DNA of 54,617 nucleotides from Chloroflexota bacterium (GCA_017743695.1 JAGHYK010000001.1:1-54617); one strand, 5' to 3'. Positions 46,080 through 54,446 are shown, counted from the stretch's first letter. Notes: generated by a model not told the origin, from the sequence alone. Translations and numbers: made by a program.

Positions 46080-46091
46080 GTAAACGTTTAC
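46080..46091. promoter_or_regulatory. Perfect 12-bp palindrome GTAAACGTTTAC, 30 nt upstream of the Rrf2 start (candidate operator)
   Basis: It lies just downstream of TTGACC (46053-46058) and an A/T-rich TATATT stretch (46073-46078). A duplicated TTTTTGTCAC word sits at 46013-46045. Confidence 0.4.
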
Positions 46092-46120
46092 GTTGCTTGT
46101 CATTGTACGGAGACCCGCCT

Positions 46121-46555
46121 GTGAACCGAATTAATCGCAAAACGGATTATGCTGTTCGTATCCTGCTGGCTCTTGCACGTCGTGGGGAAGGAGCCATTGC
46201 ATCTACTCTGACGATCCGGGAAGAGATGTTGCTCCCGGCAGCGCTCACGCGTCGCATTGTGGCCGACCTGGCGCGTGGGGGTTTTCTGGTGACATATCCT
46301 GGCCGGGATGGAGGCATTCAACTGGCACGACCTCCAAGAGAAATTACGCTTTTGCAGGTGGTAGAGTTTTTTGAAGGTCCCGTTCACGTCTCCGAATGCA
46401 TTGAGGGCAAAGTAGAGTGCCCTTTTGAACTGCATTGCCCTGTGCGCCGCCAGTGGGCCAGGGTAGATCAGGCAATTGTTAAGATTTTGTCGGAGATCAG
46501 TTTTGCCGATCTGGCAGAGGAATCCATCCCCGAAGGGGTTTCACTGAATTCGTGA
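46121..46555 (+). CDS. Rrf2-family transcriptional regulator with a three-Cys cluster
   Basis: GTG 46121 gives VNRINRKTDYAVRILLALA (Rrf2 N-terminal wHTH). The C-terminal part has SECIEGKVECPFELHCP (C-X6-C-X5-C), like Fe-S-binding IscR/NsrR-type members. Confidence 0.8.
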   Translation: MNRINRKTDYAVRILLALARRGEGAIASTLTIREEMLLPAALTRRIVADLARGGFLVTYPGRDGGIQLARPPREITLLQVVEFFEGPVHVSECIEGKVECPFELHCPVRRQWARVDQAIVKILSEISFADLAEESIPEGVSLNS

Positions 46556-46565
46556 GGGAATCATC

Positions 46566-47222
46566 ATGCGCTGGCTCTATGCTTTTTCCCTGCTTTTGAT
46601 CGCTTCGGCTCTGGCTTTCAAAATTTTCCAGCCTATTCAAGTGTTGCCACGCATTCGCCTGGCCCCGGCGTTTTCAATGGTGGATCAGAACGGTGAGCGG
46701 CTGACCAGCGACCGATTGCAGGGGCAGATTACCCTCTATACGTTTACCTATACTCGCTGTACTGCTCCTTGCGTGAATCCAGATTTGATGATGCAGGAAA
46801 TTCAACGTCGCCTGGCAGAAGAACCTCTCTCCACGCCTGTCAGCCTGGTGAGCATTTCTTTCGACCCGCAGCATGACACCCCCGATGTCTTGCGAACCTA
46901 TGCGGAGCGTGTGGGCGCGGAACGAGGGCGATGGTATATTGCCACAACCTCCGATGAAAGTCTGCTCAAAACCATCATCGGAGCAGGCTTTGAAGTTTAC
47001 TATCAGCCACGCGCCGATGGAAGTTTTGACTTTTCGCCGGTCTTCATCCTCGTAGATGGATGGGGTATTGTTCGTGGAGAATATCGTTACCAGACAGAGG
47101 TGCCGACCGTGGAACGTATTCTTCGGCATTTGCGAGTTTTGGATGAAGAGGTGCGCAACAGTCACGGAGTAGCCCGCCTGGCTTATGAGGCAGCCCACTT
47201 ATTCCTCTGCTATGCGCAGTAG
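46566..47222 (+). CDS. SCO1/SenC-family protein, atypical paralog
   Basis: TM anchor, CTAPC motif (46758-46772), SFDPQHDTP. The segment aligning with the Cu-ligand His of Sco proteins reads FDFSPVFILVDGWG (no His). Confidence 0.75.
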   Translation: MRWLYAFSLLLIASALAFKIFQPIQVLPRIRLAPAFSMVDQNGERLTSDRLQGQITLYTFTYTRCTAPCVNPDLMMQEIQRRLAEEPLSTPVSLVSISFDPQHDTPDVLRTYAERVGAERGRWYIATTSDESLLKTIIGAGFEVYYQPRADGSFDFSPVFILVDGWGIVRGEYRYQTEVPTVERILRHLRVLDEEVRNSHGVARLAYEAAHLFLCYAQ

Positions 47223-47335
47223 AAATTTATTGAGAGAGCACAAATTCTGTAACCTGTGCATGGTATTTGCATCTATATAAGAAAATTTTTGAGAAAGCGC
47301 GGCAGGGATTTTCAAGCGACACAGGAGGCCAGACA

Positions 47336-47929
47336 ATGAAAAATTGGTGGAAAGCATTTTTGGGAGCATTTATTTTGATAGGGTTGATTGCGTGGGGCTG
47401 GTGGCGCTTTGCACCGTATAGCTTTCATGGAATGGTGATGCAATCGCCTGAGCCGGCACCTGATTTTACTTTGCTCAGCAAGGATGGCCCGGTTTCGCTC
47501 AGCGACTTTCGCGGTAAATATGTGCTTTTGTATTTTGGATATACCTTCTGCCCGGATGTTTGTCCGGCCACACTGGCGAACCTTGCTCAAGCGCTCCATC
47601 AAATCGGGAGGGGCGCCGAGCGGGTACAGGTCATCATGGTGTCTGTGGATCCGGAACGGGATACTCCAGAGAAAATCGGGGAATATGTGGCTCATTTTGA
47701 TTCTTCTTTCATTGGGCTAAGCGGCGATCCCAAAGACATAGCGCGCATTGCCTCCCTGTATGGCATTTTCTATGAAAAGGAGGAGGTTGCGGGGGCAGCC
47801 GGTTATCTGGTGACCCATACCGCCAGCGTACGCGTGATCGACCCGGAGGGACGATTGAAGCTGATCTGGCCCTTTGGCGCTACTCCTGACGAGATAGCCC
47901 AGGACCTGAAATTTTTGTTGCGGAGGTGA
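47336..47929 (+). CDS. SCO1/SenC-family copper chaperone (canonical)
   Basis: ATG 47336 after AGGAGG. TM anchor, CPDVCP (47549-47563), SVDPERDTP, YLVTHTASVRVIDPEG (His present). Confidence 0.85.
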   Translation: MKNWWKAFLGAFILIGLIAWGWWRFAPYSFHGMVMQSPEPAPDFTLLSKDGPVSLSDFRGKYVLLYFGYTFCPDVCPATLANLAQALHQIGRGAERVQVIMVSVDPERDTPEKIGEYVAHFDSSFIGLSGDPKDIARIASLYGIFYEKEEVAGAAGYLVTHTASVRVIDPEGRLKLIWPFGATPDEIAQDLKFLLRR

Positions 47930-47933
47930 AAAA

Positions 47934-48380
47934 ATGCGAAGAAAGAGATTTGTTTTTCTGCTGCTTCTCCTTGCTCTTTTGCTCACCGCCTGTGGGGGGA
48001 AGAAAGGTGGTCTGCGCGTGGAAGGCGCGTGGGGGCGTCCTTCACCCAAGATGGCCATGGCCGGTGCGTTCTACATGACCATCTATAATGATGGGGCGCA
48101 GGATGACCGCCTGATTTCGGCTGCTTCACCGGCTTGTGGTACGGTCGAGTTGCACGAATCTTATATGACCCCTGAAGGCGCGATGGGAATGCGACCGGTC
48201 GCGGGGGGCATTCCGGTGCCGGCCAAAGGCAAAGCTGAGCTGAAGGTAGGGGGGCTGCACATTATGTGCATTGATGTCAAAGAAGGCTTCGAGGTTGGCA
48301 AGAAAGTCCCCTTGACCCTTCACTTTGAGAAAGGAGGTGACCTCTCGGTTGAGGTTGAAATCCGTCAGGAAGCGCCTTGA
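47934..48380 (+). CDS. PCu(A)C copper chaperone (DUF461) lipoprotein
   Basis: Lipobox LLLTAC. Met/His copper motifs (LHESYM.., GAMGM, GGLHIMC). Confidence 0.8.
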   Translation: MRRKRFVFLLLLLALLLTACGGKKGGLRVEGAWGRPSPKMAMAGAFYMTIYNDGAQDDRLISAASPACGTVELHESYMTPEGAMGMRPVAGGIPVPAKGKAELKVGGLHIMCIDVKEGFEVGKKVPLTLHFEKGGDLSVEVEIRQEAP

Positions 48381-48414
48381 GTTTTTTAAATTTCATCTTT
48401 GAAAGGAGGCAGAT

Positions 48415-48540
48415 ATGAAAAATCAAGAAGAGTTCCAGCCTAAAGGCACGGTGGCAATCCTGGTCGTGTTCGTCATCACCCTGATTGTGCTCTGGGGCAC
48501 GATCTACCTGACTCTGCTGCAACGAGGAGGAACAGTATGA
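48415..48540 (+). CDS. cbaD: ba3-type cytochrome c oxidase subunit IIa (single-TM mini-subunit)
   Basis: 41-aa ORF absent from the ORF track: [53 protein letters not shown] upstream. Its stop overlaps the subunit II start (ATGA). It resembles Thermus subunit IIa (..EEKPKGALAVILVLTLTILVFWLGVYAVFFARG) as recalled. Confidence 0.7.
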   Translation: MKNQEEFQPKGTVAILVVFVITLIVLWGTIYLTLLQRGGTV

Positions 48541-49028
48541 GCACCACTTCTTTGCACGTTCATCCCTACGAGAAGCGGTGGATCATTTTCAGCATCGTCC
48601 TGCTGATCGTATTCACCGCAGCGGTGGCTATTGCAGCCTTTGCATTGGGCATTCAGGTGCCCTCGCCGGAGCAGCGAGTGGATCCGCGAACGGTGGCCGT
48701 AGATCCCAATAGTCCCTGGTCCAATCCGGGGCTGCGGGAGATTGCCCCTGGACGTTATGAGGCCTATATCCTGGCTCAAACCTGGCAATTCCAGCCGCGG
48801 GAAATTCGAGTCCCGGTTGGCTCGCGGGTGACCTTTTACGTCACCAGTAAAGACGTGCAGCATACTTTCAAAATCCAGGATACCAACATCAACGTGCAGG
48901 TTGTGCCTGGGCAGGTCTCGAAACTGACGGTCACCTTTAAGAAACCTGGCACCTATCCGTTCATTTGCAGTGAATACTGTGGGGTAGGCCATGCCGGCAT
49001 GTTCGGACAAATCATAGTTACCCCGTAA
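48537..49028 (+). CDS. cbaB: ba3-type cytochrome c oxidase subunit II (CuA)
   Basis: One TM helix plus a cupredoxin domain with DVQHTF and the CuA motif [12 protein letters not shown]. Confidence 0.9.
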   Translation: MSTTSLHVHPYEKRWIIFSIVLLIVFTAAVAIAAFALGIQVPSPEQRVDPRTVAVDPNSPWSNPGLREIAPGRYEAYILAQTWQFQPREIRVPVGSRVTFYVTSKDVQHTFKIQDTNINVQVVPGQVSKLTVTFKKPGTYPFICSEYCGVGHAGMFGQIIVTP

Positions 49029-49038
49029 GGAGGGCGCG

Positions 49039-50691
49039 ATGACAGCTCAAACCTATTCCCTTTCACCGAAAGAAAAGTCTTTTGTCTCCTGGCATCTGCT
49101 TGTAGCCATGGTAGCGCTGGCGCTGGGCACTCTTTTTGGCCCACTTCAGGCTTTTGAGCATGCCGGGTTGAACCTTTATCCTTTCTTGCAGCCGCTGATC
49201 AAGTCCTACTATCAGGGATTAACCCTGCATGGGGTGCTCAACGCGCTGGTGTGGACGACCTTCTTCATCACCGGTTTTCTGACGTTCAATGTCATCTATG
49301 GCCTGAAGCGTCCGCTGCGCTATCCCACGTTGAATCAGGTCGGTTTCTGGCTGATGATCGTTGGCCTGGTGATGGCGGCGATTCCCATCCTGCTCAACAA
49401 AGCCTCCGTGTTGTATACCTTCTATCCGCCAATGAAAGCACACTGGGCCTACTACGTGGGGCTGACGCTGGTTGTGGTGGGCAGTTGGGTGGAGGGATAT
49501 GGGTTCTATTTCACCTATGCTGCCTGGCGTAAGGAAAATCCGGGTGAACGGACTCCTTTCATTGCCTTTGCCAGCGTGCTGACCATGGTTTTGTGGCAGA
49601 TTGCCACGTTGGGCGTGGCAGTGGAAATGTTGACCATGCTCATCCCGTGGTCTCTGGGGTTGATCGAGACGGTTGATCCACAGCTGGCGCGTACCTATTT
49701 CTGGTTCACCGGTCACCCGCTGGTATATTTCTGGCTGCTGCCGGCGTACATCTCCTGGTACGCGATGCTGCCGAAGCAGGTGGGCGGCAAGATGTTCAGC
49801 GATTCCCTGGCGCGGCTCGCTTTCTGGCTGTTCTTGCTGCTCTCTGTGCCACTCGGCTTTCACCACCAGTATGTGGATCCGGGTGTGCCGGCTGGCTGGA
49901 AGTTCGTTCATGCCGTGTTGACCTTCTCGGTTTTCTTCCCCTCCTTGCTGACTGCCTTTACGGTCATCGCTTCCCTGGAATATGGGGCGCGGAAGAACGG
50001 CGGTACCGGGCTGTTCCGCTGGGTACTGGCTTTGCCGTGGCGCGATCCCTCGGTGGCAGCACAATTGCTGGCGGGGCTGCTGTTCTTCTTCGGTGGAATT
50101 GGTGGTCTGGCCAACGCGGCTTACAATGTCAACCTGGAACTACATAACACAACGTTTGTTCCTGGCCATTTCCACCTCACCGTTGCGACCGGCGTCACTC
50201 TGACCTTTATGGGCGTCTCGTACTGGCTTGTACCTTATCTCACCGGCAAAAAGCTCTGGAAGCCGGACCTGGCGCGCTGGCAGGCGTGGCTCTGGTTTAT
50301 CGGGATGATCATCTTTTCAAACGCGATGCATGTGCTGGGCATCCTGGGCGCGCCGCGCCGCACGCCGCTGGGCGATGCGCCTTACGTTCCTGCGGAGTGG
50401 AACAGCCGTTTGCTCCAGGTGGGCATTGGCGGCGGTATTCTCTTCATCAGTGCTATCCTGTACTTCGCGGTGATGATCGGCACTGCCTTCAGCAAAGTTA
50501 AGGTGGAGAAGGAGGTCGAGGTGCCGGTGGCCGAAGCGCTGCAACCTGTCTCCCAAACGCCTGCCTGGCTGGATCGCTGGGCGCCCTGGGTGTATGCCGC
50601 TCTGGCGCTGATCGTGATTGCCTATGGGCCTCAACTCTATGAACAGATTCGGAACATCTCGCTGACCTCGCCTGGATTCCGCGTCTGGTGA
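49039..50691 (+). CDS. cbaA: ba3-type (B-family) cytochrome c oxidase subunit I
   Basis: [52 protein letters not shown]. It aligns along its length with Thermus CbaA as recalled. Confidence 0.95.
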   Translation: MTAQTYSLSPKEKSFVSWHLLVAMVALALGTLFGPLQAFEHAGLNLYPFLQPLIKSYYQGLTLHGVLNALVWTTFFITGFLTFNVIYGLKRPLRYPTLNQVGFWLMIVGLVMAAIPILLNKASVLYTFYPPMKAHWAYYVGLTLVVVGSWVEGYGFYFTYAAWRKENPGERTPFIAFASVLTMVLWQIATLGVAVEMLTMLIPWSLGLIETVDPQLARTYFWFTGHPLVYFWLLPAYISWYAMLPKQVGGKMFSDSLARLAFWLFLLLSVPLGFHHQYVDPGVPAGWKFVHAVLTFSVFFPSLLTAFTVIASLEYGARKNGGTGLFRWVLALPWRDPSVAAQLLAGLLFFFGGIGGLANAAYNVNLELHNTTFVPGHFHLTVATGVTLTFMGVSYWLVPYLTGKKLWKPDLARWQAWLWFIGMIIFSNAMHVLGILGAPRRTPLGDAPYVPAEWNSRLLQVGIGGGILFISAILYFAVMIGTAFSKVKVEKEVEVPVAEALQPVSQTPAWLDRWAPWVYAALALIVIAYGPQLYEQIRNISLTSPGFRVW

Positions 50692-50779
50692 GCGTTTGCT
50701 TACTCTCAGAAGGGGCGGGCCTCTTCTGGGGGCTCGCCTCTTTATATGGCTGGTGGCAATTTTAATTACAGGTTGAGCC

Positions 50780-52999
50780 ATGAGGAACCAATCGTTGGAA
50801 ATGGTAGGAGCACGGCTACTACGTTGGATAGAACGAGTCTCGCGCCGCATCGAGCAACCACTGGCGCACCTGATCGGAGATGCGCGCTTGAATCCGCTTT
50901 ATCATACCGGCACGATCACGATCTTTCTTCTGGTGGTGATCCTGTTGACAGGGATTTATCTCACCATGTTCTATCCGTTCGGTTTCACGCTTTCGTACGA
51001 GGCCGTGAGCCGCATGGAGCAGAACCCTATCAGCCGCGTGATCCGTGCTTTGCACCGTTACGCCTCGGATGGGGCAGTGATTTTTGCCCTTCTTCATGCC
51101 TGGCGCACTTTTTTCCAGGATCGGTTTCGCGGCCCGCGCTGGCTGGCCTGGGTCACCGGCGTGGGGTTGGCGCTCCTGGTCTGGTTGATTGGCGTGAGTG
51201 GCTACTGGTTGATTTGGGATGAACGCGCCCAGTGGATCTCACGCGTTTTCAGCGATATGCTCTCTCACTGGCAGGGCGGAGAGTCTTTTCTCGTCCGCTT
51301 CTTCGTTGGTGAGCGTGCTGGAAGTGGATGGGAATTTTTGCTGATGGTCTTGTTGTTCCATTTGGGAATCTCCGCGCTGGTGGGGCTGTTTCTGTGGTGG
51401 CATCTTCAACGTCTGCGGCGTCGGCGCTGGCTGCCGCCTTCATTCTGGATGGGCATTGTGGGAGGCCTGTTGTTGCTGATTGCGCTCATCTTCCCTGTGG
51501 GGATGCTCCCTCCTGCCAACCCGGCGCACTGGTCACCTGCTTTTCCATTGGACTGGTTCTATCTTTTCTTCTTGCCTTTGTGGCAAAATCGCTGGCTCTG
51601 GCTCGGTTGGATCGCCTTGATCGCCCTTTTGATGCTTACTGCCTTGCCCTGGTTGTGGAAAGGCGATCCTTTGCGACGCGCGGTGGTGGACCTCTCGCGT
51701 TGTGACGGATGCACCCTGTGTGAACGTGATTGCCCTTATGGCGCAATACGGATGGTACCGCGCACAGACGGCGCCCGTGCGAAGTGGGAAGCAGAGGTGG
51801 ATGCTTCGCTTTGTGTAGGGTGTGGGATTTGTCTGGGGAGCTGTCCAACGCTCGCGCTTTCTTTAACCCCTTCCCCGCTTGTAACCTTAGAATCTTTGGA
51901 CGAGCATTTCAGCACGCATTTGCCTCGCAATGTCATTTTCCTGTGTTCCCATTTGCCTGAGCCGCCCTCTTCTCCAGAAACCGCTACTGTCATTCGGGTA
52001 TCTTGTACGGGAATGCTCAACCCGGCTTTACTGGGAAAGTGGTTTGGCGATGGGCTGGAAGAGGCGCAAATCATCGGATGCCCCGCGGAGGATTGTGCCA
52101 ATCGGGAGGGGAACCGATGGACCGAGGAGCGCATGCGCGGCCGACGCTTGCCGCGCTTGAAAGAGGCATTTCGATCTCGCGTTCATACTGCATGGGTGGC
52201 CTTTCTCAGTACCTGGCCAAAAGCTGGGAATGTGAACACCCCTGTGACTGCCTATGCTCCTGTTTCCTGGTCGCAGGTAAAGCGTCCTGCGCTACTGGCA
52301 GTTGTGGTGATGATAGCGTTATTGGGCTTACCTCTTGCACTTTCCCTCATTCCTTTCCGGTTAGATTCTCATCCTTCGTTGATCGTCTATGGCTGGCATC
52401 AGGCTGGTCATCCCTTGCGAGGCATTGAGCCACCGGTTCCTGTAGCCTCGCCAGAAAAAGCCCCTTTGCGCCTGGTCCTCGAAGTCAACGGTAAACAAGT
52501 TGCAGAAAGGAGTACGCAGCGAGAGGAAATGCCCTTTTTCATCCACTTTCCTCTTGAGCAAGGTCAAAATCAGGTGCGCATTCTTTTGCACGATCCTGCT
52601 TTTGCCTCACCGCAGGTACTTTTTGACCAAAAAGTGGAGGTAAGCGCTGGAGAAGTATTCAGTCTGGGATATTACGATGAACGCAAAGGCGGGGATGCAA
52701 AGCAAGGTGAACGTCTGTTTTCTGAGCGGGTGGTTGGTGTGAATACGGGATGTCACATTTGCCATTCTTTGCAGCCGGATGTCGTCATCGTGGGGCCTTC
52801 GCTGGCGGGAATTGCCACCCGTGCAGCCAGTCGCATTCCCGGCATGAGCGCCGAGGAATATATCCGCCAATCTATTCTGCAACCGAATGCCTATGTGGTG
52901 CCGGGATTTCCGTCGGGCGTAATGCCCCCTAATTTTTCGGAAATCTTGACTCCTGAGCAGATTGATGATTTGGTAGCTTTTTTGCTCACCCTGAAATAG
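50780..52999 (+). CDS. Fusion protein: di-heme cytochrome b domain - extra TM helices - 2x[4Fe-4S] ferredoxin - MvhD/FlpD-like domain - TM helix - unknown domain - class I cytochrome c
   Basis: Two HX13H pairs (His codons 51053/51095 and 51359/51401). CDGCTLCERDCP (from 51701) and CVGCGICLGSCP (from 51812). VIFLCSH..VIRVSCTGML..IIGCPAEDCANREGNRW. CHICH at 52751-52765 with a downstream GVMPP. Confidence 0.8.
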   Translation: MRNQSLEMVGARLLRWIERVSRRIEQPLAHLIGDARLNPLYHTGTITIFLLVVILLTGIYLTMFYPFGFTLSYEAVSRMEQNPISRVIRALHRYASDGAVIFALLHAWRTFFQDRFRGPRWLAWVTGVGLALLVWLIGVSGYWLIWDERAQWISRVFSDMLSHWQGGESFLVRFFVGERAGSGWEFLLMVLLFHLGISALVGLFLWWHLQRLRRRRWLPPSFWMGIVGGLLLLIALIFPVGMLPPANPAHWSPAFPLDWFYLFFLPLWQNRWLWLGWIALIALLMLTALPWLWKGDPLRRAVVDLSRCDGCTLCERDCPYGAIRMVPRTDGARAKWEAEVDASLCVGCGICLGSCPTLALSLTPSPLVTLESLDEHFSTHLPRNVIFLCSHLPEPPSSPETATVIRVSCTGMLNPALLGKWFGDGLEEAQIIGCPAEDCANREGNRWTEERMRGRRLPRLKEAFRSRVHTAWVAFLSTWPKAGNVNTPVTAYAPVSWSQVKRPALLAVVVMIALLGLPLALSLIPFRLDSHPSLIVYGWHQAGHPLRGIEPPVPVASPEKAPLRLVLEVNGKQVAERSTQREEMPFFIHFPLEQGQNQVRILLHDPAFASPQVLFDQKVEVSAGEVFSLGYYDERKGGDAKQGERLFSERVVGVNTGCHICHSLQPDVVIVGPSLAGIATRAASRIPGMSAEEYIRQSILQPNAYVVPGFPSGVMPPNFSEILTPEQIDDLVAFLLTLK

Positions 53000-53015
53000 T
53001 GGGCGTAAAATAACG

Positions 53016-53043
53016 CTGAACCCAGGGAATCTTCCCTGTTCAG
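53016..53043 (+). terminator. Bulged stem-loop between the fusion gene and the cytochrome c gene (possible attenuator/processing site)
   Basis: CTGAAC-cc-AGGGA aatct TCCCTGTTCAG, followed by AAAATTTTC. There is no clean U-tract. Confidence 0.35.
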
Positions 53044-53073
53044 AAAATTTTCAAAAGAAAGGAGTGTAGTGAC

Positions 53074-53487
53074 ATGAGAGTGTATCTCCTATCCGTTGTG
53101 CTGGTCGTGTTGAGCCTGGTGCTGGGCGCCTGTGGCGGTGGTGGCGGAGCGCAATCAGCGGCGACGCCCACCCTCCCGGCTCCCCCTGCAGCCTACGCCG
53201 GCAAGACCAATCCTCTCGGCCCCGATGCTGCTGAAGCCGGGAAGCAGGTTTTTACCACCTATTGTGTGTCCTGCCACGGAGAACAGGGCCATGGGGATGG
53301 GCCGGCAGCCGCCTCGCTCGATCCAAAGCCAAAGAACATTGCCGAGCTGCAAAAGGTGGCAGGAGATGATTTCCTCTTCTGGCGCATTTCGGAGGGCGTA
53401 GAGGGAACAGCCATGGTCGCCTGGAAGACGACGTTGAAGGAAGAGGAAATCTGGCAAGTCATTGCCTATCTGCGCACCTTGAAATAA
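53074..53487 (+). CDS. Lipoprotein class I cytochrome c (c552-like candidate electron donor)
   Basis: Lipobox LVLGAC, Gly-rich linker, CVSCHG heme motif, distal GTAMVAW Met. RBS AAAGGAG upstream. Confidence 0.85.
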   Translation: MRVYLLSVVLVVLSLVLGACGGGGGAQSAATPTLPAPPAAYAGKTNPLGPDAAEAGKQVFTTYCVSCHGEQGHGDGPAAASLDPKPKNIAELQKVAGDDFLFWRISEGVEGTAMVAWKTTLKEEEIWQVIAYLRTLK

Positions 53488-53528
53488 AACAACCTGCCAT
53501 CCACTTGTTCATGGCGTGGTTTGGCCTG

Positions 53529-53570
53529 CTCTGTCCAACGGTCTGAGAATGACTGTTGGACAGAGTTTTC
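53529..53570 (+). terminator. Rho-independent terminator closing the respiratory cluster
   Basis: 11-bp stem CTCTGTCCAAC (53529-53539) / GTTGGACAGAG (53555-53565), followed by TTTTC. Confidence 0.7.
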
Positions 53571-53602
53571 TAAATGCCTGCTGGGATCGTGGAGATGGGC
53601 AG

Positions 53603-54076
53603 TGACCGTGGACGATAGACGGCGGAATGGACGAGGGATGGCAGATCGTGATGGGTGGACAGGTTTTCAAGTCTGTCAGCGGGATGGTGTGCGCCTCTTG
53701 CCTGGGATTGGAGGCAGTGCCAGGTTAGGTTCTGCACATCAGCTTTTCGTATAGCCAGGATAACCTGAAGCCTGGAGAGACACAACGATAGACGGCAGAG
53801 CTCAGGTTTTCCGCCCTTTTGGGGATTACCGTCAATGAATGGGGAATGAAAGCGGACTGTGGACAGCAGACGGCAGATGGCAGAGCCCAGGCTTTCTGGC
53901 CTGTCAGAGGGTGATCGTCAACTTATCAGACAGCTTGACTGCTTTGGGATTGCTTCGTCGCAAAGAACGCTTCTCGCAGTGACGTACACATAAGCGAATG
54001 GGACCGCGTATGGTGTACAGTAGACAGCGTAGTCCAGGCTTTCCAGCCTGTTGGGTAGTGACCGTCAATGAACGAG
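53603..54076 (-). repeat. Cluster of reverse-orientation copies of the modular element
   Basis: GGACGATAGACGG-type tracts. Hairpins CAGGCTttctGGCCTG (53888-53903) and CAGGCTttccAGCCTG (54035-54050). Each is followed by ..GATCGTCAAC / GACCGTCAATGAACGA, the reverse complement of TTCGTTGACGG. Also GGGGATTACCGTCAATGAA at 53821-53839. Confidence 0.75.
53946..53983 (-). repeat. GTCATTGCGAG..CGAAGCAATC family copy (reverse orientation)
   Basis: gggattgcttcgtcgcaaagaacgcttctcgcagtgac; near-identical to 54408-54446. Confidence 0.8.
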
Positions 54077-54090
54077 GAGCAAAGGGAAGA

Positions 54091-54262
54091 AACCTTTGTA
54101 CCTTTTTGGTTTATTTTTTTACTTAAAAATAAAGGCGTGAAGGCAAAAATGAAATAAATTTTATTAATTTTCATTAAATTTTTTGAATATAAAATGTTTT
54201 GAATTCGTGTAGCCAATACAACCCCAAACATCAAGATTAAAAAAGCATAATTTAACTGCAAA
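54091..54262. other. AT-rich island (about 170 bp) in an otherwise GC-rich region
   Basis: Runs such as tttattttttttacttaaaaataaa (9-bp A/T hairpin) and aaatgaaataaattttattaattttcattaaattttttgaatataaaatg. It is flanked on both sides by dispersed repeat copies. Confidence 0.7.
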
Positions 54263-54346
54263 GGCCCCAAAGTTTCACCACGGAAACACGAAGTCACAAA
54301 GTTCCCTTTTCATTTGCTTATCCTCGTGTCGTAACTATTCAGCCAT

Positions 54347-54446
54347 GTCATTGCGAGCCGTTTTCTGGCGAAGCAACCTCCCGTTTCTCAAGCCAACTTG
54401 ATCGCTTGGGGATTGCTTCGTCGCAAAGAACGCTCCTCGCAATGAC
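54347..54446. repeat. Inverted pair of GTCATTGCGAG..CGAAGCAA units
   Basis: Forward unit gtcattgcgagccgttttctggcgaagcaacc (54347-54378). Reverse unit ggggattgcttcgtcgcaaagaacgctcctcgcaatgac (54408-54446). Confidence 0.8.

Noticed and set aside
54091-54262. Replication origin (AT-rich DUE with nearby TGTGGACAG-like words resembling DnaA boxes)
   Set aside because: The GGACAG/GGACGG words belong to the dispersed repeat family found throughout the window. There is no cluster of consensus TTATCCACA boxes and no dnaA/dnaN nearby, so the idea is unsupported.
53926-54297. 123-aa minus-strand ORF spanning the AT-rich island
   Set aside because: Its translation runs through copies of both dispersed repeat families and the A/T runs. 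It has no RBS and no motif, so it is very likely spurious. The island itself is kept as a finding.
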